Source: Eledone cirrhosa (Eukaryota). Taken from it: 64,000 bases of DNA. Under the pieces are notes generated by a model. That model did not search any database. It was not told where the DNA came from and was given only the letters and a program-made list of their open reading frames with translations. The stretch covers positions 1-64,000 of the forward strand of contig CAXHJY010000610.1 in the NCBI GenBank assembly GCA_964016885.1, in the 5' to 3' direction. The first letter of the stretch is position 1, and each line of letters opens with the position of its first letter. The position numbers and the translations under genes were made by a program. This document shows positions 52,419 through 64,000 of this stretch, piece by piece.

Positions 52419-53059
52419 GTGCTTGTGAGAGAGAGAGAAAGTGTGTGTTTGTCTGTGTGAAAGCACGTGGTTTAGGGGTTGCGTGTGTATGTGTGTATGT
52501 ATTTTTATGCTTGCAAGTAAGCAGGTTTTTTTTTTCTTCACTATTGAATTCTAGAAACTGATCTACAACATCAACAACTTCAACAACAACATAACCCCCC
52601 CCCCCAATTTAAAATTAATCCCATTTCGAGTAGCCATATATTTGGCAGACAAGGGAGATAATTATAGTAAATAAATATCTAGTGTTGTATGTGAGATCAC
52701 AGGAACATCACAAGTTTAGTCTTCATTCGTCTAATCAAAGAATCGATTCGCTGAGAGTGTTCTGCAACTAATTAAAAATTAGTGTTTGTGTGTGTGTGTT
52801 TGGGTGTGTGTTTGTGTGTGTGTGGGTGTGTGTTTGTGGGTGTGTGTTTGTGGGTGTGGGTGTGTGTGTGTGTGTGTGTGTGTGGAGAGAGATGGGAGGA
52901 TCCTTAACACTTAACGACCTGTTCCACATGAAACCGCATTAATAGATATTCTTAAACATTACAAAACCCTCCAGGCCTTAATTTCAAAACCCCCCAGGTG
53001 TTAATTGCAGCAGATTTCTTCGAGAAAAGTATTAAAAGTATTAAAAGTGAGAAAGTGAT

Positions 53060-53235
53060 GCAAGATACAAAGGAAGAATCGACCCCAGTATTTTTACTGG
53101 TACCTTTATTTTTTTTTTATTATCCTCGAAAGTATGAAAGGCAAAGTTGACCTCGATGGGATTTGACCTCAGAGAGCTGAGAGTCGGAACGAATACCATA
53201 AAGTATTCTGTCCTATTTTTAACGACTATCGCCAG
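53060..53235 (-). mobile_element. Decayed Meta-type SINE
   Basis: tcgaccccagt..actggtac..atgaaaggcaaagttgacctcg..atttga. Confidence 0.7.
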
Positions 53236-55080
53236 CACCACTACCACCAGCACCACTACCACCAACACCACTACCACCAGCACCACTACCACCAGTACCA
53301 CTACCACCAGCACCACTACCACCAGTACCACTACCACCAGTACCACTACCACCAGCACCACTGACACCACTACCACCACTACCACCAGTACCACTATCAC
53401 CAGCACCACTGACACCACTACCACCAGCACCACTACCACCAACACCACTGACACCACTACCACCACTACCACCAGCACCACTACCACCAGTACCACTACC
53501 ACCAGTACCACTACCACCAGCACCACTGACACCAGCACCACTACCACCAGCACCACTACCACCAGTACCACTACCACCAGTACCACTACCACCAGCACCA
53601 CTGACACCACTACCACAAGCACCACTACCACCAGCACCACTGACACCACTACCACCACTACCACCAGCACCAACACCACTACCACCACTACCACCAACAC
53701 CACTGACACCACTACCACCACTACCACCACCACCAGCACCACTACCATCAGCACCACTACCACCAACACCACTACCACCACTACCACCACCACCACTACC
53801 ACCAGCACCACTACCACCAACACCACTACCACCAACACCACTACCACCAACACCACTGACACCACTACCACCACTACCACCAGCACCACTACCACCAACA
53901 CCACTGACACCACTACCACCACTACCACCAGCACCACTACCACCAGCACCACTACCACCAGCACCACTACCACCAACACCACTACCACCACTACCACCAG
54001 CACCACTACCACCAACACCACTACCACCACTACCACCAACACCACTGACACCACTACCACCACTACCACCAGCACCACTACCACCAACACCACTGACACC
54101 ACTACCACCACTACCACCAGCACCACTACCACCAACACCACTACCACCACTACCACCAGCACCACTACCACCACTACCACCAGCACCACCAGCACCACCA
54201 GCACCACTACCACCAACACCACTGACACCACTACCACCACTACCACCAGCACCACTGACACCACTACCACCAGCACCACTACCACCAACACCACTGACAC
54301 CACTACCACCAGCACCACTACCACCAACACCACTGACACCACTACCACCAACACCACTACCACCACTACCACCAGCACCACTGACACCACTACCACCAAC
54401 ACCACTACCACCAGCACCACTACCACCAGCACCACCACTACCACCAACACCACTGACACCACTACCACCACTACCACCAGCACCACTACCACCAGCACCA
54501 CTGACACCACTACCACCACTACCACCAGCACCACTACCACCAACACCACTGACACCACTACCACCAGCACCACTACCACCAGCACCACTACCACCAGCAC
54601 CACTGACACCACTACCACCACTACCACCAGCACCACTACCACCACTACCACCACTACACTACCACCAACACCACTGACACCACTACCACCACTGACACCA
54701 CTACCACCACTGACACCACCAGCACCACTACCACCAGCACCACTACCACCACTGACACCACTACCACCACTACCACCAGCACCACTACCACCAGAACCAC
54801 TACCACCAGCACCACCGCTACCACCAGCACCACTACCACCAACACCACTGACACCACTACCACCACTACCACCAGCACCACTGACACCACTACCACCACT
54901 ACCACCAGCACCACCGCTACCACCACCAGCACCACTAACACCAACACCACTGACACCACTACCACCACTACCACCAGCACCACTGACACCACTACCACCA
55001 CTACCACCAGCACCACTACCACCAGCACCACCGCTACCACCACCAGCACCACTAACACCAACACCACTAACACCAACACA
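53232..55080. repeat. (ACC/ACT/AGC)n trinucleotide-derived array
   Basis: Direct reading. 15-nt sub-units such as ACCACTACCACCAGC. Confidence 0.95.
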
Positions 55081-55568
55081 ACGACCACAACCACTTCACC
55101 ATCAACACCGCCTTCACGTTTACCAAGAACATCAACATCATCATCAACATCATCAACATCATCATCCCAAACATCATCATCAAAACAACAACAACAACAG
55201 CAACAGCTGCAATATTAAGTAGTAACAATGTCTGCCAAGAACACAACACAACGTTTGACGTTTTAGTACAAATTAGTTTCATTACTTAACGTATTGTGAC
55301 TCATTGATGTGTGTATGTGTGTGTGTGTGCACGTACTTGTGTACGTATGCATATATGCTGATGTGTACGTGTGTATGTATGTACGTATATATGTGTATTT
55401 GTATGTATGTACATATGTATGTACGTATGTAGATGTCTACGTGTGTATGTATGTATACATCCATGTGTATATAAATTCAAATAGATCGAGATAAAAACAT
55501 TGACATGTCAGATATATACACTATTTATATTAATATATGCGTGCTTATACACAGTGATGTATAACAAC

Positions 55569-55636
<68 letters not shown>

Positions 55637-55854
55637 ACAGAGACACATAGCTGGAATATATCCAACATATATAAAGAAATAACTCTAATAACTATCATCA
55701 TCATCATCATCACCACCACCATCACCATCACTGCCACCACCACCATCATCACCACCATCCACTATATCAAAACTAGCCGACCCAACTAGTAACCAACTAT
55801 GTCATCTAACAACCTGCTAGAAACAACAGCTAAGTGACTTCAACCACACGCCAA

Positions 55855-55961
55855 ACTGTTCACTTGAATTTGTTCACTTCAGTTTGTTTACTTCAGTTTG
55901 TTTACTTTAGTTTGTTTACTTTAGTTTGTTTACTTCAGTTTGTTTACTTTAGTTTGTTTAC
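55855..55961. repeat. 14-bp tandem repeat x~7
   Basis: Unit GTTTGTTTACTT(C/T)A. Confidence 0.85.
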
Positions 55962-56229
55962 ATAAACTAGTTTACATGAAGCTGTTCACCATTAATTGTT
56001 CAGCAATCATGGTGAAGTCTTTGCTTCGCTAACGAGATTAACATTGAAACATGTCCGAAGTTGTCCTTTCTTGTCGGTACAATAAAGAAATTATATTAGA
56101 TATTGACAAATGTCATTTTACACCCACATCTACGATTTAGAATTATATTGCTAGTTTCCTTTTTATTAAGATGTTGGCGATAATTTAGCTGATTAAAAAT
56201 ATCATCATCATCAACACAACCACCATTAT

Positions 56230-57408
56230 GAACCAACAACAACAACAACACAACCACCATTATGAAACAACAACAACAATAACAGCACCAACAATAACAC
56301 CAACAACAACAATAACAACACCAATAACAACACCAACAACAACACCAACAATAACACCAATAACAACACCAACAACAACAACACAAACAATAACACCAAC
56401 AAAAACACCAATAACAACACCAATAACAACACCAACAACAACACCAACAATAACACCAATAACAACACCACCAACAACAACACAAACAATAACACCAACA
56501 AAAACACCAATAACAACACCAATAACAACACAAACAACAACACCAACAACACCAACAAACAACAACACAAACAACAACACAAACAACAACACCAATAACA
56601 ACACCAATAACAACACAAACAACAACACTAACAACAACACCAATAACAACACCAACAACAACAACACAAACAACAACACCAACAACAACACCAATAACAA
56701 CACCAATAACAACACCAATAACAACACCAATAACAACACAAACAACAACACCAACAACACCAACAACAACACAAACAAAAACACAAACAACTACACAAAC
56801 AACAACACAAACAACAACACAAACAACAACACCAATAACAACACCAACAACACAAACAACAACACAAACAACAACACAAACAACAACACCAATAACAACA
56901 CCAACAACACCAACAACAACACAAACAACAACACCAATAACAACACCAACATCAACAACACAAACAATAACACCAACAACAACACCAATAACAACACAAA
57001 CAACAACACCAACAACACCAACAACAACACCAACAACAACAACATCAACAACACCACCACCAACAACACCACCAACAACAACACCAACAACATCAACAAC
57101 AACACCAATAACAACACCAACAACAACACCACCACCAACAACAACACCACCAACAACAACACCAACAACACCAACAACACCACCACCAACAACAACACCA
57201 CCAACAACAACAACACCACCAACACCAACACCAACAACAACACCAATAACAACACCAATAACAACACCAATAACAACAACACCAACAACAACACCACCAA
57301 CAACACCACCAACAACATCAATAGCAACACCAACACCAACAACATCAATAACAACAGGACCACCACCAACAACATCAACAACAACACCAACACCAACAAC
57401 AACAACCA
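56230..57408. repeat. (AAC/ACC)n trinucleotide-derived array
   Basis: Direct reading. Confidence 0.95.
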
Positions 57409-57871
57409 GCAAGATATTGAAGATGTCTAAATCCTCTGGAATACAATATTCCATCTCTAGAGATGTCTAGTAGATAAAAGACTTTACTGTTCTACATAAC
57501 ACACTCATCTACAGCAGCACTATAAATAACAGCAACACACTCATCTACAGCAGCACTATAAACGACAACAGCACCACCACCAGCAGCACTATCATTTTCA
57601 TCAACAACAACAAAACAACACATTGTTTATCTGTAGAATATATCTTCAACGTGTTTATCATCTAACTGTGTATGTGTGTGTATGTATGCATGTATGAGTG
57701 TGTGTGGTGTGTGTGTATGCATATATATAAGTATGTATATAGCCTCATAAACACACTTATGAATATTATATATACACGTATATATACGAATTTACAGCAC
57801 ATACATATGTTCATGTTTGCGTTTGTATATATTACTGTGGAAATGTTTAGCAAGATACACCAGAAAGATTA

Positions 57872-57967
<96 letters not shown>

Positions 57968-58510
57968 CTATGCATGGGCACGCGTGGTATGTGTATGGGA
58001 GACAGAGAAAGTTAAAAAGAGCAAGAAACACAGATATATATATATCTATATATCTTTAGAGCGAGAGAGAGAGAAGACTGATGTACGCGTGGTTTATATT
58101 AAATATTTATTTTTTCATCTAACAGATTGAATACATGGCATTAGAAAAACAAAAAAAAACACTATTTTTCCAAATCTATTTCCCAAATCCCGACATTAAA
58201 TCTAAAATCAAGATCTATTTGTTTATTTTTATTTTTGTTCTTCATTTCCTATATTGTTTCACACCCTTCTATCTTCTTTCTCCATTTTCTGTTCGGTTCA
58301 CATCAAAAGCTAAACTGCTTTTCACAAATTTCTCATTGGCATCAGCGTTAATTGCTAACCCCGCCATGCCATTTAAAACATAAGTTGCAGACGGTAATAA
58401 TATGGCGGATTTATTTCAGTAAATGTCAGACACATTCCGAGTAAAGAAATAATCCCTAGCCATATAAACACACATGATTCCACCTCTCTCCATAACACAC
58501 ATACACACAC

Positions 58511-61581
<3,071 letters not shown>

Positions 61582-61771
61582 GGTGGCTGCCAACTCGTTT
61601 TCGAGTACGGCCACTACTTTATATCCATGTAGGAGAACTCCTACCGATGCGCTGAACGAGTGTGACTTTTTAGTCCAGCCAGCAACTTGAAAACTCTGGT
61701 ACAAACACTACACTTGTGACAATTACTGACACATAGTGCTGGGACCATGGTACCATGTGACGACAAGTGCA
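61582..61771 (-). mobile_element. RTE-derived element 3' 190 bp (duplicate of 62233-62422)
   Basis: Shares the private variants gagaactcc, cagcaactt and gctgggacc with 62233-62422. Confidence 0.85.
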
Positions 61772-61817
61772 TATATATATAAAAGATTTGAATGGATACA
61801 GTTTAGTTGAAAGGAAT

Positions 61818-61934
61818 TTATTGACACGTGTTTCTATAACAGTTACATAACCTAAAACAGCTATCTACAAACTTTTAGTTATGCAGACATTCAATATTTC
61901 AATGTTATTGTTTACTGTCATTTCATCAGAATAA
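61818..61934 (-). ncRNA. Type I hammerhead ribozyme (stem III CACGTG, GUC site, long stem II) in Penelope-type repeat 61781-62093
   Basis: ttatt CTGATGA -88 nt- GAAA cacgtg TC aataa, bracketed by a perfect 34-bp inverted repeat (61781-61814 / 61947-61980). Confidence 0.75.
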
Positions 61935-62090
61935 TATTACTGAGGACCTTTCAACTAAACTGTATCCATTCAAATCTTTTTATTTTTCTCCGGATTACTT
62001 TTGGAACTACAACTGGAACCGTCGAGCAAACTCTACGTGAGCTGATAATCTACTGTGTGTAATATTTATATTACAACACAACGGAAAAAG

Positions 62091-62125
<35 letters not shown>

Positions 62126-62136
62126 CATATATATAT

Positions 62137-62217
<81 letters not shown>

Positions 62218-62232
62218 CATATATATATATAT

Positions 62233-62810
62233 GGTGGCTGCCAACTCGTTTTCGAGTACGGCCACTACTTTATATCCATGTAGGAGAACTCCTACCGATG
62301 CGCTGAACGAGTGTGACTTTTTAGTCCAGCCAGCAACTTGAAAACTCTGGTACAAACACTACACTTGTGACAATTACTGACACATAGTGCTGGGACCATG
62401 GTACCATGTGACGACAAGTGCAGAGAGATCTCCAGATATAAAGCAATGCCTGTGCCGTGAAGCTTTTATAGTGAGCAAAGGCACTGCACAAAGCCAGTCC
62501 CACTCTCTTAACCAAGATGATATTTACCAAAAAGAATAACAAGTCAACATCATTGGATACCATCAGGGTTGCAGGTGTTATATCAGAGTTTTCCTTCTCC
62601 TAGAATTCTGCCTTGACAAAGGCTAAGGGGTCATCTCTCCCGGTGATTTTGGATGGCCATTGACTCTTAAGAGCTCCTTTGCCCTTTGACAGGTTTTGTT
62701 TTTAGTCCTGCAGGATGTCCAAAGTCACCCTCCTCACCAAGAAACCTTGGTGGGGTTGCCAGTTTAGTCGCCAACGACCCGACCATGAGACAGGTTGTAC
62801 TGGGATACAT
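62233..62810 (-). mobile_element. RTE-derived element, long form
   Basis: Reverse complement of 21003-21580. Confidence 0.85.

Positions 62811-64000
<1,190 letters not shown>

Noticed and set aside
53147-55222. 691-aa Thr/Pro-rich mucin-like ORF
   Set aside because: It starts inside a SINE, slips register at ~54655 (Thr to Pro), and has no signal peptide or clear splice sites. It is better explained as a trinucleotide array.
56228-57430. 400-aa Thr/Asn-rich ORF
   Set aside because: It is an (AAC)n-derived array with an internal register shift and no unique domain.

Overview
Eukaryotic, extremely microsatellite-rich DNA. The (TA)n content and SINE types suggest a mollusc, probably a cephalopod (inference). 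Nearly all long ORFs in the track are translations of (TA)n, (CA)n or trinucleotide arrays. One real multi-exon gene can be rebuilt by hand on the minus strand: TATA/Inr at ~17.95 kb, 7 exons, CDS 17084->3728, about 241 aa, encoding a secreted protein with two Ig-like domains. The rest is mobile DNA: a 5'-truncated Penelope-like element (RT + GIY-YIG), CR1-clade LINE fragments, nine copies of an RTE-derived non-autonomous element that always sits in, and is oriented with, TATG-interrupted TA arrays, tRNA-headed SINEs, a MITE, a hAT remnant and a probable solo LTR. There are also several minisatellites and a 3.3-kb tandem duplication. The most striking signal not captured by the ORF track is 11 type I hammerhead ribozyme motifs in Penelope-type terminal repeats. 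Their stem III is always a 6-bp palindrome, with five different palindromes used (TGCGCA, TATATA, TACGTA, CACGTG, CGATCG). One inverted pair lies inside an intron of the Ig gene. All calls were made by eye and no searches were run.
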